Part shown: positions 47,306-57,517 of the stretch, piece by piece
Layout of the letters: each line of letters starts with the position of its first letter
Position numbering within the stretch: the first letter of the stretch is position 1
Source: an uncultured Bacilli bacterium
Lineage (GTDB): Bacteria > Bacillota_I > Bacilli_A > RFN20 > CAG-826
Direction: 5' to 3'
NCBI GenBank assembly: GCA_944368975.1
Contig: CALVXI010000002.1
Span: 111,110-175,109 of the forward strand
Length of the DNA: 64,000 bases
Program-made: the position numbers and the translations under genes
Notes under the pieces: generated by a model
Told to the model about the DNA's origin: nothing
What the model saw: the letters and a program-made list of their open reading frames with translations, nothing else
Databases searched by the model: none

Positions 47306-48637
47306 ATGGAAGTTAAGTTTTATAATTCATTGACAAGAAAAATAGAAATTTTTAAACCTATTAAAGAAAATGAAGTAAATATTTATGTATGTGGTCCAAC
47401 TGTTTATAACGATCCACATATTGGAAATATGCGTCCGGCAGTCTTTTTCGATACTTTAAGAAAATTTTTAATGGCAATAGGGTATAAAGTTAATTATGTT
47501 TCAAATTATACCGATGTTGACGATAAAATTATTAATAAAGCAATTGAGGAAAATGTTAAAGAAGAAGTAATTTCTACTCGCTATATAGAAGAATATAATA
47601 AATGTTTAGAAGAATTAAATATTCTAAAAGCTACCGTTAATCCTAAAGCAACTGAATATATTAATGATATAATTAACTATATAAATGAATTAATTAATAA
47701 AGGATATGCTTATATCGAAGATGGAGAAGTATTTTTTGATGTAAGTAAAATTGAAGATTATGGAAAGTTATCAAATATTGATAAAGAAAGTTTAATAAGC
47801 AATGCTCGAATAGGATTGAATGAGAAAAAACATAATCAATTTGATTTCTTACTTTGGAAAAAAACTGATAAAGGAATTAAATGGGTAACACCATTTTGTG
47901 AAGGTAGACCAGGATGGCATACTGAATGTTGTGTAATGATTGATTCAATTTTTAAAGGAAAAATTGATATACACGGAGGTGGAATTGATTTAAAATTTCC
48001 ACATCATGAAAATGAAATTGCTCAATGTGAAGCAATGCATAATAATAGTTTAGCTAATTATTGGATTCATACTGCAATGATGGATATTTCTGGAGAAAAA
48101 ATGTCTAAATCATTAGGAAATGTAATATTAGCAAAAGATGCTATTAAAGAGTATGGAGCTAATGTTGTTAGATTAATTTTATTAAACGCACAATATCGTC
48201 AAACTATAAATTTTACTGATAAATTAGTTGAAGATAACCAGTCAATCATTAATAAAATTTATAATTGTATTAAACAACTTGCTTTTAAAATTCAAATAAA
48301 TAATGGACATTTGCAAGGTTTTAGTAAAAAAATTAATCAATTCTATGAATTTTTAGCTGATGATATGAATATACCAAACGCCATTACATACACCTTAGAA
48401 TTAATTAAAGAAGCCAATATTTTATTAAGAAATAAAGAGATAAATTTAGATGATATAGAAGACTATTATTTTGCTCTTTGCCAAATTTGTTATATTTTTG
48501 GCTTAAAATTTGATTTAAAAATTTTAAGTCCTGATGATATTAAATTATATAAGCTATACCTTAAAGAAAAGGAGAATAAGAACTTTAATAAAAGTGATGA
48601 ATTAAGATCTCTCCTTATCACAAAAGGAATATTTTAG
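47306..48637 (+). CDS. cysS: Cysteinyl-tRNA synthetase
   Basis: CGPTVYNDPHIGN, GWHTEC, KMSKSLGN. Confidence 0.95.
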   Translation: MEVKFYNSLTRKIEIFKPIKENEVNIYVCGPTVYNDPHIGNMRPAVFFDTLRKFLMAIGYKVNYVSNYTDVDDKIINKAIEENVKEEVISTRYIEEYNKCLEELNILKATVNPKATEYINDIINYINELINKGYAYIEDGEVFFDVSKIEDYGKLSNIDKESLISNARIGLNEKKHNQFDFLLWKKTDKGIKWVTPFCEGRPGWHTECCVMIDSIFKGKIDIHGGGIDLKFPHHENEIAQCEAMHNNSLANYWIHTAMMDISGEKMSKSLGNVILAKDAIKEYGANVVRLILLNAQYRQTINFTDKLVEDNQSIINKIYNCIKQLAFKIQINNGHLQGFSKKINQFYEFLADDMNIPNAITYTLELIKEANILLRNKEINLDDIEDYYFALCQICYIFGLKFDLKILSPDDIKLYKLYLKEKENKNFNKSDELRSLLITKGIF

Positions 48638-48682
48638 CAATGTACAAAAAATAAAAAGTGTACATTGCTTTTGGTGAAAATT

Positions 48683-49420
48683 ATGTATAAAGTTTATGGT
48701 ACGAATTCAATCTATGAAGCTTTAGTAAATAAAAGAGTTTTGGAAGTCTATCTATTAGAGGGCTATTCGAACAAAAAAATTCTTCAGTTAATTGAATCTT
48801 CAAAAATTTCTTATCATTATGTCTCACGAAAGAAATTAGATGAACTTGTTTCCGGAGCTAATCATCAAGGCATAGTTGGAGTGGCTAGACCAATTAAACC
48901 AATTCCTTTAGAGTCTTTAATTAAAAGAAATGAAAAGAATTCGAGGGGTTTATTGATTATGCTAGATGGACTTAAGGATCCTCATAATCTCGGAGCTATC
49001 ATTCGTAGTTGTGATATATTTAATGGTCTAGGCATAATCTATAAACAAAAAGATTCAGTTTCCATAAGCGAAACTGTTGAAAAAGTTTCAACAGGGGCAA
49101 TAAATTATGTTCCTTTATGCGAGGTGACTAATTTATCAAAGGCAATTAATACTTTAAAAGACAATGGATACTGGATTGTTGGCTTAGATGGTCATGCTAC
49201 TATGACATTAGATGAATTACCATTTGATAGAAAACTTGTCGTGATTATTGGTAGTGAAGGGGAAGGAATCTCACGTCTAGTTCAAGAAAATTGTGACTAT
49301 TTGGCGAAAATTCCAATGAACGGTCACTCAAATATTAATTCACTTAATGCTTCTAATGCATGTGCAATCGTTCTATATGAAGGATTCATGTATGGAAAAA
49401 ATAATATTAGAGGCTCTTAA
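48683..49420 (+). CDS. rlmB: TrmH-family 23S rRNA 2'-O-methyltransferase (RlmB-like)
   Basis: DPHNLGAIIRS, GSEGEGIS, LNASNA SpoU motifs. ATG at 48683 preferred over the track's TTG start. Confidence 0.85.
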   Translation: MYKVYGTNSIYEALVNKRVLEVYLLEGYSNKKILQLIESSKISYHYVSRKKLDELVSGANHQGIVGVARPIKPIPLESLIKRNEKNSRGLLIMLDGLKDPHNLGAIIRSCDIFNGLGIIYKQKDSVSISETVEKVSTGAINYVPLCEVTNLSKAINTLKDNGYWIVGLDGHATMTLDELPFDRKLVVIIGSEGEGISRLVQENCDYLAKIPMNGHSNINSLNASNACAIVLYEGFMYGKNNIRGS

Positions 49421-49976
49421 CGGAGATAAAAACAGTCAAAAAGAGCTATTAGAAATTTGTAAGAAGGAAACTCTACCAATTACATTACAATATCTTAAAC
49501 GTGCTAATGATGTTGGAATAAGTTTTGAAGATCTTCGTGCATTAAATATTAATGCTTATTTAAAAGCTTTATCAACTTTTGATGAAACTAGAGGTACATT
49601 TATTAATTATTATAAGTACCTTTATATGATGATTGTTCGAGATGAAATAAGAAAAAAAGCAATTGCTTTAAATAAAAATTATTCTGCGATATTACTTGAT
49701 AATTTTGATCAATGCTATGAAATTCAATTCAATTCACCAAGCTATAATGAGAATAATCCAAAATATTCTTATTATGATCATGAAGTTTTAATAAGAACAA
49801 TTACTGAAAATCGAGTGAAACTCACTAAAAAAGAAAAAGAAATAGTTTTGATGTTTCTTGATGACTATACTGTAAAAGAAATTGCCGATATGTTAAAAAG
49901 AAACTACACAGAAACATATCGAACTTTGAAAAGAGCTTTTAACAAACTTAAAGACTATTTAAATCCATTGTGCTAA
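49392..49976 (+). CDS. Sigma-70 family sigma factor, SigH-like by position
   Basis: Region-2-like FINYYKYLYMMIVRDEIRK. Region-4 HTH LTKKEKEIVLMFLDDYTVKEIADMLKRNYTETYRTLKRA. Lies between rlmB and rpmG-secE-nusG, like B. subtilis sigH. Confidence 0.6.
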   Translation: MEKIILEALNGDKNSQKELLEICKKETLPITLQYLKRANDVGISFEDLRALNINAYLKALSTFDETRGTFINYYKYLYMMIVRDEIRKKAIALNKNYSAILLDNFDQCYEIQFNSPSYNENNPKYSYYDHEVLIRTITENRVKLTKKEKEIVLMFLDDYTVKEIADMLKRNYTETYRTLKRAFNKLKDYLNPLC

Positions 49977-49981
49977 AATTA

Positions 49982-50010
49982 TTGACAAGGGTTGATTTTA
50001 ACCCTATATT
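49982..50010 (+). promoter_or_regulatory. Sigma70-type promoter for rpmG-secE-nusG
   Basis: TTGACA (49982-49987), 17-nt spacer, TATATT (50005-50010). Confidence 0.6.
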
Positions 50011-50034
50011 ATTTAAGATTATTAAATAAATGTT

Positions 50035-50184
50035 ATGAGAAAGAAAGTTATTTTAATTTGCGAAGAGTGCTTGAGTAGAAATTATACAACTACAAAAAAA
50101 GTTGAAGCTCAACAAACTAGACTTGAACTTAATAAGTTCTGTCCTAAATGTGGAAAATATACTCTTCATAAAGAAAGTAAGTAG
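50035..50184 (+). CDS. rpmG: 50S ribosomal protein L33
   Basis: [22 protein letters not shown]...[14 protein letters not shown], 49 aa. Below the ORF-track size cutoff. Confidence 0.9.
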   Translation: MRKKVILICEECLSRNYTTTKKVEAQQTRLELNKFCPKCGKYTLHKESK

Positions 50185-50192
50185 GAGGATTT

Positions 50193-50393
50193 ATGAAAGG
50201 AACACCAGTTACATATTTTAAAGGAGTATCACGTGAAGCTAAACGTGTTAGATGGCCAAAAAAAGATACATTCTTACCTGCTATTGGAGTAGTTATTTGT
50301 ATTGCAATTTTTGCTGGTATCTTTTTAGTATTAGAAGATCTTGCTGCTGGTACTTTAATTGAGCAATTAAGAAATGCTTTTGGTTTAATTTAA
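50193..50393 (+). CDS. secE: Preprotein translocase subunit SecE
   Basis: Motif EAKRVRWPKK plus a single TM. Position between rpmG and nusG. Confidence 0.88.
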   Translation: MKGTPVTYFKGVSREAKRVRWPKKDTFLPAIGVVICIAIFAGIFLVLEDLAAGTLIEQLRNAFGLI

Positions 50394-50407
50394 AAGTGGA
50401 GAAGAAT

Positions 50408-50992
50408 ATGGCAGAATTAGCAGAAAAACAATGGTATGTTGTCACAACTTATAGTGGACACGAGAAAAAAGTAGAATATAACATTCAAAGACGTATTGAA
50501 TCAATGAACTTTGGTGATTACATATTTAGAATAGTAGTTGCTGAAGAGGAAATTCCAGTTTTAAATAAAGATGGTTCACAAGCTTACGTTGAAAAAAATG
50601 GTATTAAGACACCAAAAACCAAAATCAAAAATTTATATCCAGGCTATGTTTTTATTGAAATGATTATGACCGATGAAAGCTGGTATATGGTTAGAAATAC
50701 TCCAGGAGTTACTGGTATTGCTGGAAGTAGCGGTGGCGGTCAAAAACCAACTCCTGTTTCTGCTAAAGAAATGGAAACTGTCTTAAAAAGAATGGGAATG
50801 GTGGATGATTCAATGTATGAAAGCTATAAGGTTGGCGATCGTGTAAAGATTATTCATGGAACATTTGCTAACATTGAAGGAGAAATTAGTTCTATTGATA
50901 AAGAAAATGGTAGTGTTCGTGTTAATATTATTTTCTTTGGTAGACAAACACCTGTCGATGTTGAATTTAGTGAAATAATTCACTGTGATTAA
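50408..50992 (+). CDS. nusG: Transcription termination/antitermination factor NusG
   Basis: KQWYVVTTYSGHEKKV (NGN) and a C-terminal KOW (GDRVKIIHGTFANIEGEI). ATG at 50408 follows GTGGAG. Confidence 0.93.
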   Translation: MAELAEKQWYVVTTYSGHEKKVEYNIQRRIESMNFGDYIFRIVVAEEEIPVLNKDGSQAYVEKNGIKTPKTKIKNLYPGYVFIEMIMTDESWYMVRNTPGVTGIAGSSGGGQKPTPVSAKEMETVLKRMGMVDDSMYESYKVGDRVKIIHGTFANIEGEISSIDKENGSVRVNIIFFGRQTPVDVEFSEIIHCD

Positions 50993-51013
50993 AAAAATAA
51001 GATTAGTTAAATC

Positions 51014-51042
51014 AAAAACTCTTGCATGTCAAGAGTTTTTTT
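51014..51042 (+). terminator. Intrinsic terminator after nusG
   Basis: 10-bp stem AAAACTCTTG/CAAGAGTTTT plus a T-run. Confidence 0.8.
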
Positions 51043-51058
51043 ATTATACTTTTATGGC

Positions 51059-51115
51059 ATATCGCTATTAGCGGTGTGTTTTATGTGGGAGAAGAGCGAT
51101 ACTTCTGACTACAAT
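51059..51115 (+). promoter_or_regulatory. Candidate L1-binding autoregulatory leader of rplK-rplA
   Basis: Nested pairings TATCGCT/AGCGATA and AGAAG/CTTCT around GGGAG...GACU-like elements. Assigned by position and by analogy with L1 autoregulation. Confidence 0.35.
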
Positions 51116-51138
51116 ACTTATTGAAAGGAGAATTGACA

Positions 51139-51552
51139 ATGGGTAAAAAAATCGCAAAAGTTGTCAAGATGGAACTTCCTGGTGGTGAAGCAAAACCAGG
51201 ACCAAAACTTGCAAGTGCTGGTGTAGTTATGCCTAAATTCTGTACTGAATTTAACGCAAGAACTGCTGATCGTAAAGGTGAGATTGTTCCAGTTGTTATT
51301 ACTGCTTTCGAAGATAAAACCTTCGAATTTGTTTGTAAAACAAGTCCTGTAACAGGTTTATTATTAAAAGCTGCTAAAATTCAAAAAGGTAGTGCTAATA
51401 GTAAAACAACTACAGTTGGAACAGTAACTAAAGCTCAAATTAAAGAGATTGCTGAATATAAAATGCCAGATTTAAATGCCAATGATTTAGAATCTGCAAT
51501 GCGTATTATTGAAGGTAGTGCTCGTAATATGGGTATTAAAGTTGTTGATTAA
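51139..51552 (+). CDS. rplK: 50S ribosomal protein L11
   Basis: GKKIAKVVKMELPGGEAKPGPKLA. ATG at 51139 follows AAAGGAG. Confidence 0.95.
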   Translation: MGKKIAKVVKMELPGGEAKPGPKLASAGVVMPKFCTEFNARTADRKGEIVPVVITAFEDKTFEFVCKTSPVTGLLLKAAKIQKGSANSKTTTVGTVTKAQIKEIAEYKMPDLNANDLESAMRIIEGSARNMGIKVVD

Positions 51553-51571
51553 TTTATAGTGAGGTAATTTT

Positions 51572-52252
51572 ATGAAACATGGAAAAAAATATAATGAAGC
51601 TATTAAATTAATCGATAAAACAAAAACTTATTCAATTAGTGAAGCTTGTGAATTAATTAAAAAGACAAGTACAACTAAGTTTGATTCAAGTGTTGGTATT
51701 TCATTTAGCTTAAATGTTAATACAAAGAAAGCTGATCAACAAATTAGAGGAACAGTTATTTTACCAAATGGAACAGGTAAAACTAAAAAAGTTCTCGTTT
51801 TAACAAATACTAAACTTGAAGATGCTAAAAATTCTGGAGCTGATTATTTTGGCGGAAAAGAATTATTAGAAAAAATTATTAATGATAAATGGTTTGATTT
51901 TGATGTAATTTGTGCAACACCAGATATGATGGGTGAAATCGGTAAAGCTGGTCGTATTTTAGGACCTAAAGGCTTAATGCCAAACCCAAAAACTGGAACT
52001 GTTGGTATGGATGTTATCAAAATGGTTAACGAATTAAAAGCTGGTAAAGTTGAATACCGTGCTGATAAAGATGGAAATGTTAATTTAGCAGTTGGAAAAG
52101 TTTCTTTTGATGCTGAAAAATTAACTGAAAATGTTAATACAATTGTTAATCAAATTTTAAAGGTTAGACCAAGTGCTGTTAAAGGAGTTTATGTTAAATC
52201 ATGCTTCTTATCAACAACTATGGGTCCTTCCATTAAATTAAGTATTATTTAA
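51572..52252 (+). CDS. rplA: 50S ribosomal protein L1
   Basis: Typical L1 sequence (GKKY...LPNGTGK...[10 protein letters not shown]). Confidence 0.95.
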   Translation: MKHGKKYNEAIKLIDKTKTYSISEACELIKKTSTTKFDSSVGISFSLNVNTKKADQQIRGTVILPNGTGKTKKVLVLTNTKLEDAKNSGADYFGGKELLEKIINDKWFDFDVICATPDMMGEIGKAGRILGPKGLMPNPKTGTVGMDVIKMVNELKAGKVEYRADKDGNVNLAVGKVSFDAEKLTENVNTIVNQILKVRPSAVKGVYVKSCFLSTTMGPSIKLSII

Positions 52253-52261
52253 TTAAATTAG

Positions 52262-52373
52262 TTTATTTGGCTTATATACCTAAGACCGTAACGGAGAAAT
52301 CTTAATAATGTTACCGAGGTAGTCCTCACTTGTATATACGCCTCATAATAAAAAACTTAGTAGGAGGTAAACA
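52262..52373 (+). promoter_or_regulatory. Candidate L10 leader (rplJ-rplL autoregulation)
   Basis: A 120-nt structured-looking, relatively GC-rich leader at the position where Firmicutes carry the L10 leader. Not folded in detail. Confidence 0.35.
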
Positions 52374-52859
52374 ATGAATCAAAACGTCTTAAGTTCAAAA
52401 AAAGAAGTTGTTTCAAAGATTACTGAACAAATTAATTCTCATGGCGCAATGGTTATTTGCGAATATCGTGGATTAACAGTTAGTAAGATTAGTGAACTCC
52501 GTAAGTCGCTTCGTGAAAAAGGAGCATCACTTTATGTTTATAAGAACTCTTTAGTTAGTAGAGCTCTTGGAGAATCACATGAAGGAATTGATGAATATTT
52601 AAGTGGACCAAACGCTTTTATATTTGCTAGTGATGCTACAGATGGAAGCTTAAAAATTCTTACAAAGTTTGCTAAGAAAAATGAAGAACTTAAAATCAAA
52701 GGTGGAATTATTGACGGAAAAGTAACTGACAAAGCTTATGTTACAACAATCGCCGCATTACCATCAAAAGAAGGTCTTGTCTCTATGCTTCTTAGCGTAT
52801 TACAAGCACCAATGCGCAATTTGGCTTATTCACTTAGTCAAGTTAGCGAAAAGAAATAA
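52374..52859 (+). CDS. rplJ: 50S ribosomal protein L10
   Basis: Position and sequence. RBS AGGAGG. Confidence 0.93.
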   Translation: MNQNVLSSKKEVVSKITEQINSHGAMVICEYRGLTVSKISELRKSLREKGASLYVYKNSLVSRALGESHEGIDEYLSGPNAFIFASDATDGSLKILTKFAKKNEELKIKGGIIDGKVTDKAYVTTIAALPSKEGLVSMLLSVLQAPMRNLAYSLSQVSEKK

Positions 52860-52884
52860 TTTGTTATTAGGAGGATAAAAATTT

Positions 52885-53256
52885 ATGGCAAAATTAACAA
52901 ATGAAGAAATTATTGCTGCTGTTAAAGAAATGACAGTTGTTGAATTAAATGAATTAGTCAAAGCTATCGAAGAAGAATTTGGTGTTACTGCTGCTGCTCC
53001 TGTTGCAGCTGCTGCTCCAGCTGAAGAAGAAGAAAAGAAAGGACCAAGCGAAGTTAGCTTAATCTTAAAAGCTTGTGGTGCTAATAAAGTTGCTTGTATT
53101 AAAGCTGTTCAAGCTATCACTGGTTTAGGATTAATGGATGCTAAGAAATTAGTTGATGCTGCTCCAAGTCCAATTAAAGAACACATTTCACCAGTTGAAG
53201 CTGAAGAACACAAGAAAGCTCTTGTTGCAGCTGGTGCTGAAGTCGAAATTAAGTAA
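52885..53256 (+). CDS. rplL: 50S ribosomal protein L7/L12
   Basis: Ala-rich hinge [15 protein letters not shown] and C-terminal [12 protein letters not shown]. Confidence 0.95.
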   Translation: MAKLTNEEIIAAVKEMTVVELNELVKAIEEEFGVTAAAPVAAAAPAEEEEKKGPSEVSLILKACGANKVACIKAVQAITGLGLMDAKKLVDAAPSPIKEHISPVEAEEHKKALVAAGAEVEIK

Positions 53257-53268
53257 GCAATCTATTTT

Positions 53269-53301
53269 AAACCTGCTTCTTATTCTTAGGGGCAGGTTTT
53301 T
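53269..53301 (+). terminator. Intrinsic terminator/attenuator after rplL
   Basis: Stem AAACCTGC/GCAGGTTT plus a T-run. Confidence 0.7.
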
Positions 53302-53319
53302 GCCTATTTTAGAAATTAA

Positions 53320-53913
53320 ATGAGTCACTATTTTATTGAAGATAAAACATTAAATTACGAAGCAAAACTTATTGAATTTAAGTTTCATGATAAAGATTTC
53401 TCTTTATATTCATCTAATGGAATATTTTCAAAAAACAAACTCGATTATGGAAGTTATTTCTTGCTTAATGAGATAATAAAACTCCCACTTGATGGTAAAA
53501 TTCTTGATTATGGCTGTGGTAATGGCGTAATTGGAATAATAACTAATTTGTTTAATAAAAATGTTAAAGTTACATACTGTGATATTAATCCTGAATGTTT
53601 AAAATTAACAAGACGAAACTTAGAAAAATATAATTTAGAAGGAAATATTATAAGTGATCAAGAAATTAATAATTTAAATGAAAAAATATTTGATTATATT
53701 TTTTTGAATCCGCCAATTAGAACTGGTAAAAAGAATATTTATTCTATGTATATTAATAGTTATCGATTATTAAAAGAAAATCAAGAATTTTATATCGTAA
53801 TTCGTAAAGATAAAGGTATGTCTTCACATAAAGCATATCTTGAAACCTTATTTAAAGAGGTAAGTATTCTAAGTAAAGACAAAGGATATTACATCTTAAA
53901 AATGGTTAAATAA
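53320..53913 (+). CDS. Class I SAM-dependent methyltransferase (RsmC/YbxB-like)
   Basis: ILDYGCGNGVIG SAM motif and FLNPPI motif. Same position as B. subtilis ybxB, between rplL and rpoB. Confidence 0.8.
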   Translation: MSHYFIEDKTLNYEAKLIEFKFHDKDFSLYSSNGIFSKNKLDYGSYFLLNEIIKLPLDGKILDYGCGNGVIGIITNLFNKNVKVTYCDINPECLKLTRRNLEKYNLEGNIISDQEINNLNEKIFDYIFLNPPIRTGKKNIYSMYINSYRLLKENQEFYIVIRKDKGMSSHKAYLETLFKEVSILSKDKGYYILKMVK

Positions 53914-53927
53914 AAAAGGAGCCAACT

Positions 53928-56900
53928 ATGAAATCTTATAAAGATTATCCAAAATTAAATAATGATCGTATAAACTTCAGCAAAATTAGTGGTAATTTAG
54001 AATTACCTTATTTAGTTGAGATTCAAACTGAATCTTATAAAAGTTTTCTTGAAACCGGTATTAATGAAGTTTTAAACGAAATTTTTCCAATTGAAAGTTA
54101 CTCTAAAAATTTATCGATTGAATACCGTAATGGTGGATATCGTTTAGAACCACCAAAACATACTCCTTTAGAATGTAAAGATAAGGATTTAACTTACTCA
54201 AGTTCATTACGTGTTAAATTATACTTAAATGATAAAGTAACAGGCGAACTTAAAGAAAGCGAAGTATTTATGGGTGAAATTCCTCTTATGACTGAAAGTG
54301 GAACTTTTATTATAAATGGAGCTGAAAGAGTTATTGTTAGTCAAATCGTTCGTTCTCCTGGAGCATATTTAAAGGTTGAATTCGATAATAAATTAGGTCG
54401 TAATACATATCACGCTGATTTAATTCCTACTCGTGGAACTTGGCTCGAGTTTGAAAGTGATGTTAAAAATTACTTATGGGTAAGAATTGATCGTCAAAGA
54501 AAAATGCCTGCAACTATTTTATTAAAGGCTTTAGGCTTTGAAAAAGATGAAGATATTCGTAATCTTTTTGGAGATAGAGAAAGCTTAAATCTCACTTTAG
54601 AAAAAGATAAAGAGAATTCATCATCATTAAAAGCCTTAAAACAAATTTTCAGTAAACTTAAACCTGGCGAACCTATAACTGATGATGGTGTTCATAACTT
54701 TTTAGTTCAAAAATTCTTTGATGAAAAAAGATATGATTTAGGGCGCGCTGGTAGATTTAAATTTAGACAAAAACTTGGTATCTATAATCGTTTAGTTGAT
54801 CGTATTTTAGCTGAAGACTTAATCGATGCTGATGGTGAATTAAAATACCGTAAAGGTACTTTATTAACTAAAGAATTAGTTGATGGTTTAGTCGAAGAAG
54901 AGTTCTTTGAAAAAGGTGCTCATAGATACGAACTTGATTGCAATAAACGTTTAGATACAAATAGCGTTGTTAACATTGTTAAAGTTTACGCTAATGATAA
55001 AAAAGATGTTATTTCAAATATTATTGGAACCGATTTAAATTTAACTTTAAGTAGAGTTACTATTAGTGACATGGTCGCTATTTTTAGCTCATTTATGAAT
55101 TTAATGGATGGTTTTGGTTCTAATGATGATATTGATCATCTTTCAAATAGAAGAATTAGAAGAGTTGGTGAATTAATTCAAACTCAATTTAGAATTGGCC
55201 TTACCAAAATGGCTAAAAACGTAGTTAATAAAATGTCAACTACTGGAGCAAGTGATGATAAAGACTTAACTCCTCAAACATTAATAAATGTTCGTCCTTT
55301 AGGAGGCGCTATTAAAGATTTCTTTGCTAGTTCACAATTATCACAATTTATGGATCAAATTAATCCTCTTGCTGAACTTGCAAATAAAAGAAGAATTAGT
55401 GCTTTAGGACCTGGTGGTTTAACTCGTGATAGAGCTAGTATGGAAGTCCGTGATGTTCACTTTACACATTATGGTCGTATTTGTCCTATTGAAACACCTG
55501 AAGGTCAAAACATTGGTTTAATTAACAATTTAGCAACTTATGCTAAAGTTGATAAATATGGGTTTATTGAAACACCTTACCGTAAATATGATGCTGAAAA
55601 TAATCGTATTTTAGAAGATGCTGTATATTTAACAGCCGATGAAGAAAATGATCATGTTATTGCTCAAGCTACAAGCGATATTCATGAAGGTCAATTAATT
55701 AAAGAAAAGGTTGTTTCTAGATTTAATGGTGAAAATGTCTTAGCAGATCGTAAAAAAGTTGATTTTGTTGATGAATCACCAATTCAAATTGTTAGTGTTG
55801 CTGCTGCATGTATTCCTTTCCTTGAACACGATGATAATACTCGTGCTTTAATGGGTGCTAACATGCAAAGACAAGCCTTACCTTTACTTAGACCACACGC
55901 TCCTCTTGTTGGAACTGGTCTTGAACATAAAATTGCTACCGATTGTGGTTTAGCTGTTGTTGCTATTAATGATGGCGTTGTAACTTATTCAGATAGTAGA
56001 ACAATTCATGTATTAGAAGAAGAAGGCGAAAGAATTTACACACTTCGTAAATTTGAAAGAAGTAACAATGGAACTTGTATTAATCAAACTTCTATTGTTA
56101 AAAAAGGTGATAAAGTTACTAAGGGACAAATTATCGCTGATGGTCCAAGTATGGATCAAGGTGATCTCGCTTTAGGACAAAATGTTACAATTGCTTTCAT
56201 GACTTGGGAAGGTTATAACTATGAAGACGCTGTCATTATGAGTGAAAGACTTGTTAAAGATGACGTTTACACAACTATTCACATTGAAAGCTATGAAATT
56301 GAATGCCGTGATACTAAAAACGGTGAAGAAATGATTACTCCTGATGTTCCAAATATTTCAATGGAAAGCAAAGCTCATCTTGATAAAGATGGAATTGTTA
56401 TCGTTGGAACAGAAGTTAGAGAAGGAGATATTTTGGTTGGTAAAACCACTCCAAAAGGAAGCAGTGAACCTTCACCTGAAACTAAATTATTAGATGCTAT
56501 CTTTGGTGATAAATCTAAAGATAATAAGGACAGCAGTTTAAGAGTTCCTCATGGTGGAGCTGGAACTGTTTTAGATGTTCGTGTCTTTACACGTGAAAAT
56601 GGCGACGAACTTGCGCCTGGCGTTAAAAAGAAAGTTAGAGTTTACGTTGTACAAAAACGTAAAATTAGCGAAGGCGATAAGATGAGTGGACGTCATGGTA
56701 ATAAAGGTGTCATTTCTCGTATATTACCTGTTGAAGATATGCCTTATTTACCTGATGGTACCCCAGTCGATATTATGTTAAATCCTCAAGGTGTCCCTTC
56801 TCGTATGAATATCGGACAAGTTCTTGAAGTTCACTTAGGTATGGCTTTGAAAAAACTTGGAAATGTTAAGATTGCTACCCCTGTTTTTGATGGAATTTCA

Positions 56901-57503
56901 AATGAAGAAATTATGGAATTTATGAAGGAAGCAAAATGTCCAAGCGATGGCAAATATACTTTATATGATGGCCGTACTGGTGAAAAGTTTGACGATCGAA
57001 TTAATGTCGGTGTCATGTATATGATTAAACTTGTTCATATGGTTGATGATAAATTACACGCTCGTGCTACTGGACCTTATTCAATGGTTACTCAACAACC
57101 ATTAGGTGGTAAAGCACAAAACGGTGGTCAAAGATTTGGTGAAATGGAAGTTTGGGCATTAGAAGCTTATGGTGCTGCACATACTCTTCAAGAAATGTTA
57201 ACTATTAAGAGCGATGATCGCGTTGGTAGACGTAAGACTTATGAAGCTCTTATTAAGAACAAGCCAATTTCACGTCCATCAATCCCAGAAGCATTTAAAG
57301 TTTTAACTAAAGAACTTATGGCTTTAGGAATCGATGTTGAACTTCACGATAAAGAAGGTCGTACGATTGATATGGATGCTTTAGCTAGACAAACTCAAAA
57401 AGAAGAACAAAAGTCAATGCATGCTGCTAAAAATTATGGCATGGACCATATGAATGAAGTAACTGATGCTGATCAAGAAACAGCTAATGAATTACTTAAC
57501 TAG
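53928..57503 (+). CDS. rpoB: DNA-directed RNA polymerase subunit beta
   Basis: 1191 aa with conserved blocks (e.g. [34 protein letters not shown]). Confidence 0.98.
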   Translation: MKSYKDYPKLNNDRINFSKISGNLELPYLVEIQTESYKSFLETGINEVLNEIFPIESYSKNLSIEYRNGGYRLEPPKHTPLECKDKDLTYSSSLRVKLYLNDKVTGELKESEVFMGEIPLMTESGTFIINGAERVIVSQIVRSPGAYLKVEFDNKLGRNTYHADLIPTRGTWLEFESDVKNYLWVRIDRQRKMPATILLKALGFEKDEDIRNLFGDRESLNLTLEKDKENSSSLKALKQIFSKLKPGEPITDDGVHNFLVQKFFDEKRYDLGRAGRFKFRQKLGIYNRLVDRILAEDLIDADGELKYRKGTLLTKELVDGLVEEEFFEKGAHRYELDCNKRLDTNSVVNIVKVYANDKKDVISNIIGTDLNLTLSRVTISDMVAIFSSFMNLMDGFGSNDDIDHLSNRRIRRVGELIQTQFRIGLTKMAKNVVNKMSTTGASDDKDLTPQTLINVRPLGGAIKDFFASSQLSQFMDQINPLAELANKRRISALGPGGLTRDRASMEVRDVHFTHYGRICPIETPEGQNIGLINNLATYAKVDKYGFIETPYRKYDAENNRILEDAVYLTADEENDHVIAQATSDIHEGQLIKEKVVSRFNGENVLADRKKVDFVDESPIQIVSVAAACIPFLEHDDNTRALMGANMQRQALPLLRPHAPLVGTGLEHKIATDCGLAVVAINDGVVTYSDSRTIHVLEEEGERIYTLRKFERSNNGTCINQTSIVKKGDKVTKGQIIADGPSMDQGDLALGQNVTIAFMTWEGYNYEDAVIMSERLVKDDVYTTIHIESYEIECRDTKNGEEMITPDVPNISMESKAHLDKDGIVIVGTEVREGDILVGKTTPKGSSEPSPETKLLDAIFGDKSKDNKDSSLRVPHGGAGTVLDVRVFTRENGDELAPGVKKKVRVYVVQKRKISEGDKMSGRHGNKGVISRILPVEDMPYLPDGTPVDIMLNPQGVPSRMNIGQVLEVHLGMALKKLGNVKIATPVFDGISNEEIMEFMKEAKCPSDGKYTLYDGRTGEKFDDRINVGVMYMIKLVHMVDDKLHARATGPYSMVTQQPLGGKAQNGGQRFGEMEVWALEAYGAAHTLQEMLTIKSDDRVGRRKTYEALIKNKPISRPSIPEAFKVLTKELMALGIDVELHDKEGRTIDMDALARQTQKEEQKSMHAAKNYGMDHMNEVTDADQETANELLN

Positions 57504-57517
57504 TTGGAGGACTGAAG

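Noticed and set aside
38469-51138. N-terminal extensions in the ORF track for metK (38469), hpf (39778), rlmB (48665), the sigma factor (49347), nusG (50396), rplK (51121), and element genes 27827 and 35579
   Set aside because: Internal ATG codons with well-spaced Shine-Dalgarno sequences give N-termini matching conserved family starts. The extensions overlap terminators or RBSs, or use weak TTG/GTG starts.
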